DNA from: Camelus ferus
Lineage: Eukaryota
Length of the DNA: 64,000 bases
NCBI RefSeq assembly: GCF_009834535.1
Contig: NC_045697.1
Span: 118,732,001 to 118,796,000, forward strand
Direction of reading: 5' to 3'
The notes beneath the pieces are model-generated. The model was not told where the DNA came from and did no database searches. It was given only the letters and a program-made list of their open reading frames with translations. The translations under genes and the position numbers were made by a program. This document shows, in pieces, positions 13,071 to 26,335 of the stretch; position 1 is the stretch's first letter; the number at the start of each line of letters is the position of its first letter.

Positions 13071-14356
13071 AGAATTTGGCTTTCATGTATTAATTTTACA
13101 TTAAAATATAACTATATAATGTTCAAGAAAATTTAAAAATACATATTTTTAGAATATATAAATAGATTTAGCTGATGTGTTTTTAAAGTAGTTTCAGTTA
13201 TATTTCCATTGGCCTCAGTGATGAAGAGGCTTAAATCAATCTAAGCATTCAGATTAACTTCACAAAGCTAGAATTCTTTGAGTAACAACAAATCTTCACC
13301 TTTATTTTGTATAGGGACCAAATTTACTATAAATACTATTTCCTACTTGTCAAAACAAAAATCACAAAACAACAGGCTATGCAGATATTCCCCACTGGGA
13401 AACAGAAACTCTCAGGCATTACCTGTGGTCTGTAAACTGGTGAAGACCTTCTGAAAAGCAATCTGGAAGTATTTAGCCAAATTAAGAATGCAGTTCCCAA
13501 TGACCTAGCCTACCACTTTACAGATGTGTGTATCCTATCAGAATTCTCAGAGAGATCCATGACTGCTGTGGTCTTTGATTATGGTAGCAAGAAAATGGAT
13601 CATTGCTCAGAATATACAAGCACTGTTCATAGTAGTGGGGTTTTGGCGGTAAACAAAGTGCTCATTACTAAATGAATTAAGGTAAAATGTGATAGACACA
13701 TACATGATTTATAGACAGAATTAGGACTACTAAATCTGATGCACATACATAAACATGCATAGATATTTTAAACATGGAGTTGAGTGAATGGGAAATAAAC
13801 ATGAAATTTTTCTTGGGCAACAGTGTTTACATAAATGAATACTATACTAGGCATACTAAATAAATACTAAATTCTAAATAAGCAAGTTTTAACTTATTAA
13901 GTAAATTACCAGACAGAAAACAAAGGCTATTTTTAAACCAAACATATGTATTCAAAGACTTATATATGAAACTAGAAAAGTAGGTATCTATGAAGAAAGG
14001 AAATGGGGTTGGAATCTTGGGACTAGAATGGGCTGAGAGCAATGAATTGGCCTCACATGGACCAGTGAGCTGAAGAGGAGGTTCAGGCAACAATTTGTCA
14101 TTGGTGTCCTCAAAAAAAAAAAAAGGAGGAGAAGAAGAAGAAAAAAAAACTCCCCTTTGAGCAAAAAAGGCATAATTTCTTTCACATTTTAACATTCTTT
14201 TCAAATGTTTAGCTGTATAATTTGAAAATAGGCATCTAAAACCATATACTTCCAGGAAATTATTCTGAGAAAAAGACATAAGTATGTGCTACTGAAAACA
14301 TATTAAATGCTCAATTATAGGAAATGGTTCAATAAATTATAATCCTATTCAGTTGT

Positions 14357-15062
14357 GGGTTTTTTTTTCTCTTTTATTTTTTTTTAACTTTTTTATTCAG
14401 TTATAGTCATTTTACAATGTGTCAAATTCCAGTGTAAAACACAATTTTTCAGTTATACATGAACATTCATATATTCATTGTCACATTTTTTTTCACTGTG
14501 AGCTACCACAAGATCTTGGATATATTTCCCTGTACTATACAGTATAATCTTGTTTATCTATTCTGCATATGCCTGTCAGTATCTACAAATTTTGAAATCT
14601 CAGTCTGTCCCTTCCCACCCCCTGCCCCCTTGGCAACCACAAGTTTGTATTCTATGTCTATGAGTCTGTTTCTGTTTTGTATTTACGTTCTTTTTTTTTT
14701 TTTTTTTAAGATTCCACATATGAGCGATCTCATATGGTATTTTTCTTTCTCTTTCTGGCTTACTTCACTTAGAATGACATTCTGCAGGTCCATCCATGTT
14801 GCTGCAAATGGCATTATGTTGTTGTTTTTATGGCTGAATAGTATTCCACTGTATAAATATACCACATCTTTATCCAGTCATCTGTTGATGGACATTTAGG
14901 CTGTTTCTGTGTCTTGGCTATTGTAAATAGTGCTGCTATGAACATTGGGGTGCAGGTGTCTTTTTGAAGTAGGCTTCCTTCTGGATATATGCCCAGGAGC
15001 GGGATTCCTGGGTCATGTGCTAAGTCCATACCTAGTCTTTTGAGAAATCTCCATACTCTGCT
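14357..15062 (-). mobile_element. Young 5'-truncated L1 (3'UTR plus end of ORF2)
   Basis: Poly-T lead. The ORF track gives L1 ORF2 C-terminal peptides (DTCTPMFIAALFTIAKT; PFAATWMDL). 12-bp TSD ctattcagttgt (14345) / ctattcatttgt (15063). Confidence 0.9.
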
Positions 15063-15737
15063 CTATTCATTTGTTAAAATCAAGACATAAAAGGTTTAGT
15101 GAAACAGAAGAAAAGTAGTTATCCCATTAAATAAAGAAATACACACAAAAAAGTGTGAATAGTCCAATTTTGTTCGATATGTACATATAGATAAAAAAGA
15201 GGATGAAAAGATACCTCAAATATATTTACAACAGTGAGTTTTGCTTTCTTTTCTGTGATTTTCTATATATTTCTGAGCACAGTGAAATTTCTTTAAGCAT
15301 TTTTTTAGGTTGTTTTTATTGGCCATTTTTATTATATCTTCTTTGAGATGTTCCATAAGTCTCTTCCAACTTTTCTATTGAGATTCTTGTCTTTTTCTTA
15401 TAGCTTCATAGTTGTTCTCTATTAATGCTGTTCTGAGGGCTGCTACAGATGGAGTAAACACCAAATGTCAGACTTACACTTGGTTAATGATGTTTGCTTA
15501 CTATGTTTTGCTTCTGGCTTTTTAAAATATAAGCCATTTTTAAAATATAATTAAGCAAAACTTATGGCAGAAAATTAAATCAAAATAAATCAAGGGTATA
15601 TAAAATAAAAATATAGACTTCCCAACAGAAGTAAATAAGGTCCTCCCTTAACTCTTTTAAGCTTCCAGTATTACCTTATAATATCAGATTTTTCTAGGTG
15701 TACATATTCTGCTAACTCTACTTAAAAACATACACAA

Positions 15738-16350
15738 GTGGGGAAGGGGATAAAGAGGTACCAGCTACCATGTGTAAAATAAATAAACTACAGGATATGT
15801 TGTACAGCACAGGGGTTGTAGCCAATATTTTGTAACTATAAAAGGAGTATAATCTTTAACAATTGTGAACCACTATGCTGTACAGCTGAAATTATATAAT
15901 ATTGTAAATCAATTATACCTCATTGAAAGAAACTCAAGGAGATGCTGCCTCACATCCATTAGGATGGCTGTCATACAAAAGACAGTGTTGGTGAGGACGT
16001 AGAAAATTTGGAAGCATCTACGCATGACTGGTGAGGATGTAAAATGGTGCAACCACTTTGGAAGACAGTTGGCATTCCCTCAAAATAACAAGACATAGTT
16101 ATATGACTCAGCAGTTCCACTCAGGTATACGATTAAGAGCAATGACAACGTAAGTCCAAACAAAAAATTGTACATGAAAACTTACAGCAGCATTGTCCAC
16201 AATAATTCCAAAAACTTGGCACAAACTAAATGTCCATCAGCTAAACCAGTAAACAGAATACAGTATACCTGTATGATGAGTGTGATGTAACAAAAAGAAT
16301 GAAGTTCTGATACAGGCTGTAACATGAATGAAGCTTGAAAACTTTGTGCT
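15738..16350 (+). mobile_element. L1 3'UTR fragment followed by an older L1M ORF2-end fragment
   Basis: tacagcacaggg...tatagccaatatttt-type 3'UTR, then aggatgtaaaatggtgcaaccactttggaagacag. Confidence 0.7.
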
Positions 16351-18269
16351 TTAAAGTAAAGCGTGCATCTTCTTTGGAAATTAAACTATTCAGAATGCGC
16401 CAAAGCACATTATCCTTATACATCAAATCTATATACTGGTTGGTATAAAACGCTAGAATAAATTGCTAAAACTGAAAATTGTCACACTGAAGAGTGTATA
16501 GATTTTAATCTGATCTTTTCAGACTGCTCCCAAAATTGCAACAGAAGAGCCTCAGATGGCAGGAAATGGTTACCATTCAGTCCACAAAGACAAGAAGTAA
16601 TCTGTATTTCTGGAATGACTGATCAATCCAATAAAAAGAAAACTTAAAGAAAACGAAGAAGCAGAAAAATAATCTAAAATGATTACATTCTTTATTTTTC
16701 CCAACCCTCCCTAAGCCTGTACACAATGGCTTTTCATAGTGCCTCTATATTTGCATCCTCTTCACTCTGCCATTCAATTAAGGTCTGCCATGGAAGACGC
16801 CATCTAAAGTACTGGAGTGGCTGTGAATTCAACCCTATTTTCCCAGAACACTAAAGAAAGAAAAATGTAATTACATGTGTTTAACAATTCCTCACTGATA
16901 ACTTCACAATGAACTTGCCTTTGCAGATTCATCAGAATCACTGCTTGATCTGATCCCCTGTAACAATATCCTTGGGACCTGTAGGCTTGTAATTCAGCAT
17001 TAACCTGTTACATTTCATAGGAGAATTCAATCTCTATCAACCTTTATCTCCACCCTACTCACCTACCACCCACAAAACGTTTAAGATGCTCTTCCTTGTC
17101 CTCACTTTGTCGTTTTAACCACTCCAGCAACGTTGTCAACCACACGTCCCTTCAGTGCGTATTTTCTACTTCCTCTCGCATCTTCGGTGAATATCTCCGA
17201 GTTATCTCTAACAGAGTGAGATGAAATTCTATTCATCTTATAGTTTCACGTTTTGCATCTGATTCCAGTATAAGCAGAATAAAAGGACCAGCAGAATAAA
17301 GGGACAGCATACTGAAATGAAGTCCATTCAACAAAGACTTCCTGCTAAGCGCAAAGCACGATGCTGGGTGCCACGGAGAAAAATGCACGTGAACTCTGCC
17401 CCATTTTACAAGAGTTAGTAGTTTCACTGGGGACAGCAACTACATTTTTGCTCTTAAGTGTGGAGAAGCAGACCCCCCCGCAGCCCGCCCCAGGCCGCGA
17501 GGGCTTTTGTTCCGTCTCCCCCTGCAGACCTCTTACCGCGGGCTGGGGGCAGAACAGGCGTTCAGCTTGCTCCCTGTTTTGTGGTTACAGACCAACCGTC
17601 CTCCGTTCTCTGGACAGCCTTGCATTTTTGAATCTCATCCCTCACTCAGGCTGGCATCTTGGAGACCCTTTCTCAAGCCCACGTATCTCGAATATTCATT
17701 CCTCATCTTGTCTGAGTTCTCTGCCCTTAACTTACGCCGGATAGCTCTTCTGGCTCCCTGGGCGGTCACTTCCTGAGCTTCTCTCCTGTGAAGATGGTGT
17801 CTTCCACCTGCCCCCACTACCCTCGCCTTGTCGTTACCGGTAATCACAGCCCTCCTGTGCTCTCAGCCCCCTCACCCAGCCCTTTGACCGCCACCTCCTC
17901 CCCTTCCTGCACGTTCTCCTGGACTTCAAAGCCTCTTGAAATGTCTACTCCTGTGACCCTGCCACTTTTCACTCAGTTTCATCTTCATTTCAGTTTTCCT
18001 CCTTATTCAGCTTAAACCCCCGCGTCATTACAGTCACTCCCATGAAACCATCATCAGCTCTCTGGCTGTCTCTCCCCGGGGACCACAGCGCAGCAGTGTT
18101 CAGCCCACCCTCCGCCCACCTCACACCTGCAGCAGAGCATCTGACCGTGGTTGATGGAAACACGGAACCATGTTGCCCGTGGACCTCAAAGGAGCTGCAG
18201 GGTCAGCTCTGCCCCTCCCCCCAGGGCCCTTCCTGCTTCCTCTCTCCCAGCTTCCAGCTCTTCCTCCTC

Positions 18270-18680
18270 CATCATCACGCCTAGTTGAGAACCTTCTTTC
18301 TTTATAACTGAGAAAATTGAAGCTGTGAGAAAAGAATTTCCAGATTCCCTTTTTATATCTCCAATTTATCAGCGTGTATCCTACGAACTCTGTGGTTAGT
18401 GAACTACTGACGTTTTTATCTAAAGGTAATCCGTCCACGTGTGTATTAGGTCTGATTCACCAGCAATCTTCCCTCTATTTTCTGTTTCGCCATCTCTTCT
18501 CCCTCTAATGGATTATTTCCAACCGCAAACAAGCATGCAATTTCCCTCGTCTTAAAAAAAGTAAAATCTTCTTTAGATCCCACTTTCTCCACCAACCATC
18601 ACTTATTTTTCTATTTCTATTTGTGCCAAAACTTCTTAAAAGGTCATTTATATTGGATGTCTCCAGTTTCCCACCTGAAT
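18270..18680 (+). mobile_element. L2 fragment
   Basis: actgagaaaattgaagc...agaatttcca and taaaggtaatccgtccacgtgtg resemble L2 ORF2 motifs; pyrimidine-rich. Confidence 0.5.
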
Positions 18681-19989
18681 TTTTTTAAATTGAAAAAAAA
18701 AAACTTGTTTCAGTTTTTTTAAACAATTTGAAGTCATTCATGTAAAGTTCAAAAGCATGTAGGACTAAATGCTGAAAAAATTAATTATAGCACTGATAGC
18801 AAGTTCTGAATTCCTGAGCTGATTATATTGTGATCTCTATAAAGATAGATAAAAAATTATGAGAATTATTTTTTGCAGTATGTCAAGTGAAAATGGCAAG
18901 CTGGACTGAGAGGCACTGATGAGCTCATGCATTAAATGGTAATTGTATTTATTTTATTTCTCGTTTTGGACTTACACAGATCTATACCTAGTCAGGTTTC
19001 TCAAGATCCATTAGGATAGAAATTACACTTTAGGGACATGCTTTCATTAATCTAGCAGTAAAGATGAACAACTAATCACATACAAAACTCTGATTCTTGT
19101 AATGAAGCTTAAATTTTTTTTTCCACTTTAAACCTGTTCTAGATTTGTACTGAGAATAAGCGAATTATTTTCCTGGGATAAGTATTTCAAAGCTAGTTTC
19201 CAGCCTCAGGTTGTGTGCTTTTAATTCAGAATGTTAAAAGGGTCTATATGGGAGAGCATTCTCTGCAATGTTTGATTTCATCTCAAGGTAAATGAGAAGT
19301 GAAATCTGGAACTACGTTCTGAGAACTTTGAGACTTTCCAACTGGCCTCAGTGATGCCAAAGTTGAAACTTTAAAATAAAGTAAATGCTCACCGTGCCAA
19401 AACCAGGAGATGTGTGCACAGTTCTGCCTCGGTGCATATTAATCTGAGCAGCTGCTCTCGTTTAGTCTTCATAAAGCGTTGGATTAAAAAATTAGTTTTA
19501 AAACAGCAATTTTAAATAGTAAGATTATAAATCACCTAGTTTCCAGTCATAATACCTATCTCAGTTTACTTCTCTTAACCCTAAATCTGGAACTGATGAC
19601 TTCATGGAGAGATAAATTTCTAAAGAATTATGTTCATATAAACATGGTATTAAATGCGAGATACGAGGTCTCAAAATTATACTCTCCTTTTGTCTTTATA
19701 TTTACCCAAGAAAAGATTTGCCAGTAAGAAGAATACATCATATTTATTATTTCTAGATTAAAACTATTTAATTATATTGCTTTGAATTATTTAGTGTTTA
19801 ATAAACCATAGCTCTGTTCTTGGGTAGCCAGTTCACGGTGAAGAAGAAAGTAATTTTAGTAACATATTTGAATAACTCCACCTGCCTTTTGAAAGTTTGT
19901 CTTTGCCTGGACGAGGTGCGTGCAAAAGCAGATGAGAGCTTTTACTGAAGGTTGTCAGGAAGGATGGAGAGACAGCAGAGGGGAGAGGG

Positions 19990-20335
19990 AACAGAGATGT
20001 CTCTAGAGCTAAGAAGTCAGTTCTTTCGAGGCAAAGGAAGACTGAAATGGGATGTGAGTGACAAAAAGGAGGGAATTCAAGATGACAGGATACTTTCCAT
20101 CTTGGGTGCCTGGTTAGGTGGAGAAGCCAGGATATAGGGAAGAAAGAGGCAGAAACTGGTTCAGGGGAAAAACAAATGAATTCAGCTTTCATTTATTTGA
20201 AATGCCTAAAAAATACAGATCAACATTAATTTATTTTAAGAAAGATATGAGATGTGTGGACTCTGGAGTCGTAAGAGTACAGTCAGTAGGTGGAGCCTTG
20301 GTGACACCTGTCGGGAGGGCAGGGAATCCAGCGGA
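19990..20335 (-). mobile_element. L2 fragment
   Basis: gagggaattcaagatgac...gaattcagctttcatttatttgaaatgcct is a purine-rich antisense L2 pattern. Confidence 0.55.
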
Positions 20336-20339
20336 GGAG

Positions 20340-20649
20340 GCTGGGGGTCTGAGATCAAGGGGTCCCAGGGTGGGTTCCTTCTTGGGACCACGAGGGAAGG
20401 GTCTGCTCCAGGCCTCTGTCCCAAGCTTGCAGGCAGCTGTCCTCTCCCTGTTCTCACATCAGTTTTCCCTCTCTTAGCATTTGTGTCCAAATTTCTTCTT
20501 CTAAGGAGACCAGTCACATTAGATCAGACCACACTGTCACTCACTTACCTATGTAAAGACCCTGTCTCCCTACGTGGCCACATTCTGAGCTACTGGTTAT
20601 TGGGACTTTGACATGTGAATGTTGGGGAGACACCAGTGAGCCCATGACA
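20340..20649 (-). mobile_element. MaLR (MLT1) LTR fragment
   Basis: ctgagatcaagg...gtgtccaaatttcttcttctaaggagaccagtcacatt...gaatgttggggagacac. Confidence 0.75.
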
Positions 20650-22384
20650 TGTCACGCTAACCCTGTGTCGCCCCTTGCCGGGTGATTTCTGTGTGGTCCC
20701 CCAGGCCAACTCCCATCTTCTCCACTCTGCACTGGGTCCCACGTGAATTGCATCAATTCCCAGTCACCCACATGCAGGAGCTGCCCAGCTGTTTCTGTGT
20801 TTCTCTCTGAGGAAACTGCTCCATGGGGAGCTGTCCATTCACTGTGTCCTTGGGAGTAGCAGCATTTAGGAGCCTCCTTGTCGCCTTCTGGGTTCACAGT
20901 GTGCTATGCCTAGTTCCTGAAACATTTTACATCTGCATGTGCCCGCCTAGCCCCATAGCGTTAAATACCATCTGTGTGCATTTCCAACCTGTACCTCTTC
21001 CCTGAAAACCTTACTGTTTCTCCAACTTCCTATCAGCCTTTCCACGGAATGCTTAATAGACACCTGAAAATTCACAAGAAGAATGCTGGAGAGGGAATGC
21101 AAGGGAAGGAGTGAAGAAATAAATCTTTAGTCTTATAACTGGAATTTTCTACCACAAAATCATGCCCATAATGATACCTCCGATGTCTTTGCTCACCTAC
21201 TCAGAAACAGATTCTCTGCATTTAATCCTCAATCTCTTGAATTGGGCTAAATTGATGCTATATTACTTATAAGAACCAAGGCTCAAAATGGTTAAAAAAA
21301 AAACTTGAGATCACAAGGCTCACGAATGGTAGAGCTGAGGTGAACCCAAGTCAGAAGCTGCTTCACCGAGCTGTTCCAGTGGAGGATCTCTGAATAAACT
21401 CAGGTGACATGCTCTAATCAAGATGTCAATGCTGAAGAGAAACAAAGGCCTCTGGGATGAAGGTAACGGCTATAATAAACCTTTCTTTTAAGGGATCTTA
21501 AACGTTTTCCTTAGTGTTTTTTGCTATTCACATCCCAAAGGAAACACTTGATTCATTAATTTTAGAATTTATCTCTGGAAAACTGTATTTTTAGTGCTGT
21601 TTAAAATGTATCATTTATAGAGAAAATCTTCCATTAAACTTTACCTTCCTTGGATGTTTACTGATGGCTTTAATTCATCCTTCAACCTCACGTCTTGTTT
21701 CCATCATAACCAAACAACCAAAATCCATCCACCTGTGGAAGTGCTTAATGATACATTCTCAACTACCCAGTCAAAGAAAGAAAGGAAGTTTTTGTGACAA
21801 TTTTGTCTCTAATTTCCACAAATACAATTAACTTATCCCTGAGTCACAGTTGAGAAATAAGTAACACTTTTAAAAAGTAACAGGACAGGATACAGCAGGA
21901 TTTTTGACTTAGAAAACTTACAGGTAATCATTTTTATTTAATCATTTCACTTAAACCTGAGCAAATGTTTTGACCTCCCTCACTACCTGAATTCAAGCCG
22001 CCGTCAGTCCTCACCTTCAAGGCCCAGCCACCCGGGAAGACAAACCCTCAGGCTGTCCTCCGGTTGCCTGCTGTTACCTGCTACCTGCGTAAGGGCAGAT
22101 GCAGGAAGCCACATGAGGGACCGTGAGGCGACCCAAGGTCACAGCGTCAGGGGCCGCCTACCACCCACGAAGGGCACATCACAGCAAGCGGTGTAGTGAG
22201 AGCCCAGGTGTCAGAGCCCCGGCAGGGCAGCTGAACCCAGGAACTCAGAGCTCCCCCAAGGGGGTTTCTGCCAGGAGCTGGAGCCACAGGCGGGAGAGGG
22301 ACAGGGGTGCACGGTGGCAGAGAAGTGGCCTCCCACAGACATGCACATCCCGCCCCCAGAGCCTGCGCAGCTTACCTGACCCAG

Positions 22385-22815
22385 CAGAGGGGCCTCTGCA
22401 GATGTGGCTGAATAAGGACCCCGAGATGGGGACATTACCCCGAATTGCCTGGATGGACCTGAGCACAGTCACAAGGGTCCTGACAGGTGAAAAGGAGAGG
22501 CGGGGAAAGAGTCACATGAGGACACATGAGGACAGAAGCAAGGGTCAGAGTCAGAGAGGGAGATCGAGATGCTGCACTTCTGGTCTGGAGGTGAGGAAGG
22601 GGCCGCGGTCCCAGGAAGGTGGGCGCCTCCAGAAGCTGGAAAGGGCATGGGAACACATTTTGCCCTTGACTCTCCAGAAGGAGGACAGCGCTGCTGACAC
22701 CTCGACTTTTGCCCAGTGAGAACTGTTTCAAACTTCTCCCCTCCAGAAATGTAAGCTATTAAGTTCCGTTATTTTAAGCAACTAATTTCGTGCTAACTTG
22801 TTATCGCAGCAATGC
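22385..22815 (+). mobile_element. MaLR (MLT1) LTR
   Basis: gcagatgtggctgaataagg...ctccagaagctggaaagggc...ttttaagcaactaatttcgtgctaacttgttatcgcagcaat. Confidence 0.75.
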
Positions 22816-23699
22816 AGGCTGGAGCGCCCAGACTCCTCCCACCCCAGCCCACCCGGCTCCCACCGCCTCTCAGAGCAGCCAACCCCACGGAAAGGAGCCT
22901 AGTTCTCTGCTGGGTGGTGGGGTGGTGGGGCAAGGACCTTCCTTTGCCCGTTCCTGACCTCTGACACCCACTGCTTTACTGCACGATGTTGAATATAGTT
23001 CCCTGTGCTGTACGGTAGGACCTTGTTATCTATTTTATAACCTCCTATGTTCTTATACCCTCTCCCTGATTCTTCCATTGAGCAGCAAGTGCCCACAAAT
23101 ACATTTATCTCTGCCCCTGACCCCTCCTCTAAGTACAGACCTGCACATCATCACTTGAGTGTTCCAAGGTTATCTCAAAATCAGCACGTCAAAAGTGAGC
23201 CTATAATGTTAGCCCCGATCAGCTCCCATGTTTGGACTGCAAGAGCTCACGCGGGGGGCATGGGGCAGGCACCCTCAGAGGTCTGTAGACCGTCTCAGGT
23301 CTTCCCTCTTATCCTTCATTTGTTCAGTGCTCCTTCCCCAGTGAGCTGAGCTGTGCACGCAGGAGCCTGGGGACCAGCCCCTCCCCATGCCCACCCCCCT
23401 CCACAGTCTGTAAGCAGCCAGAGGGATCCTTCCAGAACAAAACTGTGGCAGGACTTGAGTGTCTCAGTGTCCACCTGATGCTCTCGGTACAAAAGCCCAT
23501 TCCTAGAGTGGTCTCGTGTGCACCCACCCTGCCTGGGCCCTCACAGCCTCATTCAAACTGTGCCAGTCCTTGCGGTCTGCACACAGACCACACTGCCTTT
23601 GTCCTCTTCCAACAGGCTGAGGGGTCTCCTCATGTATGCCCCTCCATTCAGCCAGCTCAGCTGCCCACACAGCACCACGGAGCAGGCACCACCAACAGG

Positions 23700-23995
23700 G
23701 AGGCCAGGAAGAAGGTGCCAGCATGCTGGTGTCTGTGAGAGCCCTGCTGGTGGTCTGGAGGCAGCCCGCCTGTGCTCATGTAACCTCTTCTCTGTCTGCA
23801 TGCAGGCGGTAAGGGTAAGAGCCAGCTCTCCAAGTCTCTCCTTATAAGGGCACTAATCCCATGACCAGGGCCCCACCCGCTTGGCCTCATATAAACTCGA
23901 TTACTTCCCAAAGACCAATCTCCAAACACCATCATGTTAGAGGGAACTAGGGTTTCAACATATGAATCTGGGGGGACATGATTCAGTCCACAGCA
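23700..23995 (-). mobile_element. MaLR (MLT1A/B-like) LTR
   Basis: cttataagggcactaatcccatg...tttcaacatatgaatctggggggacatgattcagtccacagca. Confidence 0.75.
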
Positions 23996-24418
23996 GTGCC
24001 TTTGCTACCCTCCTTCTCAGCTAAACCCTGAGGAGCTTTTCCCAGGGAGCTTTCTAGGATTCCTCCCTAAGAATATGCTTAACCCTCTTATGACACAAAC
24101 TGTCACATTCCTTTCCTCATAACACATATTACAGATGACACTTTACATATACTTATGTGGCTGCCTGAACAGTGCCTGTGTCCCTCACACTTGGTTGTCA
24201 CCTCTGTGAAGGAAGGGACACCAACTTTTCTGTTCACCCCTCGGTCTCCGCTGTCTAGAGGAGTGTATGACCTCCAGCGTGGACTCAGTGCATACACACC
24301 AGAGGAGATGATGAGTGGGAAACTGGCTCCTTAGCTTGTTCATTCCAGCACTTCTGAGCCACTGGACTTTGGACAGGTTACTTAGCTTCTCGGAGCCTCA
24401 ACATCCTTATCTGTAACA

Positions 24419-25210
24419 TAAAAAGTCCATAAATGACAAATATTGGAGAGGCTGTGGAGAAAGGGGAACCCTCCTACACTGCTGGTGGGAATGCAGTTTG
24501 GTGCAGCCACTGTGGAAAACAGAATTGAGTTTCCTCAAAATACTAGGAATAGACTTACCATATGACCCAGGAATCCCACTTCTGGGCATATATCCAGAAG
24601 GAACCCTACTTCAGGATGATACCTGCACCCCAATGTTCATAGCAGTACTATTTACAATAGCCAAGACTGGAAACAACTTAAATGTCCATCAACAGATGAC
24701 TGGATAAAGAAGTCATGGTATATTTATACAATGGAATAATACTCAGCCATAAAAAAGACTAAAATAATGCCATTTGCAGCAACATGGATGGACCTGGAGA
24801 CTGTCATTTTAAGTGAAGTAAGTCAGACAGAGAAAGAAAATTACCACATGATATCACTTGTATGTAGAACCAAAAAAGAAGAAAGAAAAATGAGGATGCT
24901 AATGAACTCATCTACAAAAGAAACAGACTCACAGACATAGTAAACAACCTTATGGTTACCAGGGAAGGAGTGTGGGAAGGAATAAATTTGAGAGTTTGAG
25001 ATTTGCAAATGTTAACCACTATATATAAAAATAGATTTAAAATATTCTTCTGTATGTCACAGGGAACTATATTCAATATCTTGTAATAATCTTTAATGAA
25101 AAAGACTATGAAAATGAATATATGTGTGTATATGCATGCCTGGGACATGGTGCTGCACTCCAAGACTGATACATTGTAACTGACTATATTTCAATTAAAA
25201 ACAAAACAAA
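24419..25210 (+). mobile_element. 5'-truncated L1 (ORF2 end plus 3'UTR)
   Basis: The ORF track gives VQPLWKT...[12 protein letters not shown]...CTPMFIA. The 3'UTR ends tttcaattaaaaacaaaac. Confidence 0.9.
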
Positions 25211-25284
25211 GAAGAGATCACTTATGTCCTAGTCTGATTAACAGCCACTCAAAAGCAAAGATAGCAGATGCTCATCAATAGAAT

Positions 25285-25695
25285 ATGTATATCTTGCCTT
25301 TTTAGGAAAAAGTGCCTTTGCAGATGTGAGTTAATAATCTTGATTTGGGGAGATGACTCTCGGCTAGGTGATCGGGTCCCCAGTCTAATCACAGGTGTTA
25401 TAGGAGAGAAGCAGAAGGTGACTACACAGCAGAGGGAGAGATGGTTATTATGAAACCTAATAGAGAGATTTGAAGGTGCTGTCCTTGAAGGCTGGGAGGT
25501 GCTCCCACAGCCCTAAGAATTACCTAGACCCACCCGAAGCGGCAATAATCCAGGGGTAGACTCTCCCCTGGAGCTTCTGGAAGGAGCACAGCCTTGCTGA
25601 CACCCAATTTTGAACTTCTGGCCTCCAGAGCAGTGAGAAGTTTTAAGCCACTAAGTTTGTAGCAACTTGTTTCAGCAGCACACGGAAACTAATGC
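25285..25695 (+). mobile_element. MaLR (MLT1) LTR
   Basis: ggaaaaagtgcctttgcagatgtgagttaa...ttttaagccactaagtttgtagcaacttgtttcagcagca. Confidence 0.75.
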
Positions 25696-25984
25696 AGCCT
25701 TCAGATCAGGAAGCGTGAAAGCAACACAGGAGAGGTGCATTTGAAATGGCCTCTGGAAGAGTGACGTGGGCTCAGATAGAAGAGGGCTGAGGGGAGGCTG
25801 AGGGTAGAGGAGGCTGGGGTGGCAGAGCAAAACTGAATCACATTCATTATCTCAATAATTCCAGGAAAGTGTTGCTACCAGGCCAACTGAAACAGAAGGC
25901 AAATTCTGTACTGTTCTCAGTGAAGCCATGTCACAAAGCCACAAATCTCGTGTTTGGTGGCACAAGTCCACATCATAAATACTG

Positions 25985-26335
25985 GCCTTAGTCCATTTGG
26001 CCGCTGTAACACAGTACACAGACTGCATGGTTCACAGACAACAGTTATGTTCTCGCCACCATTACCGGCCAGCAGGGCTAAGCTCTGGGGAAGGCGCTCT
26101 TCCAGGCCACAGACTGCCAGCCTCTCCAGTCCACATGTGGCAGAGAGCCACGACTTCACTCTCTTACCACTCTCATAATATAAGGGCACTAATTCCATTC
26201 ACGGGGGCTTCATCCTCATGACCTCGCTGAATCCTAATTGCCTCCCAAAGGCCCCATGTCCTAAGACTGCCACATTAGGGGACAGGGGTCCCAACACATA
26301 AATTTGGGGAGGAAGACAAACATTTAGTTCATAAC
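25985..26335 (-). mobile_element. MaLR (MLT1A-like) LTR
   Basis: cttagtccatttggccgctgtaacac...taagggcactaattccattcacg...acatttagttcataaca. Confidence 0.75.

Noticed and set aside
14459..15029. L1 ORF2-like peptides as genes (also near 24.5, 34-35 and 51-53 kb)
   Set aside because: These are 5'-truncated, stop-riddled retrotransposon remnants and none is an intact ORF2.
22123..22719. 198-aa ORF
   Set aside because: It has a non-ATG start, runs through an MLT1 LTR and has no recognisable domain.
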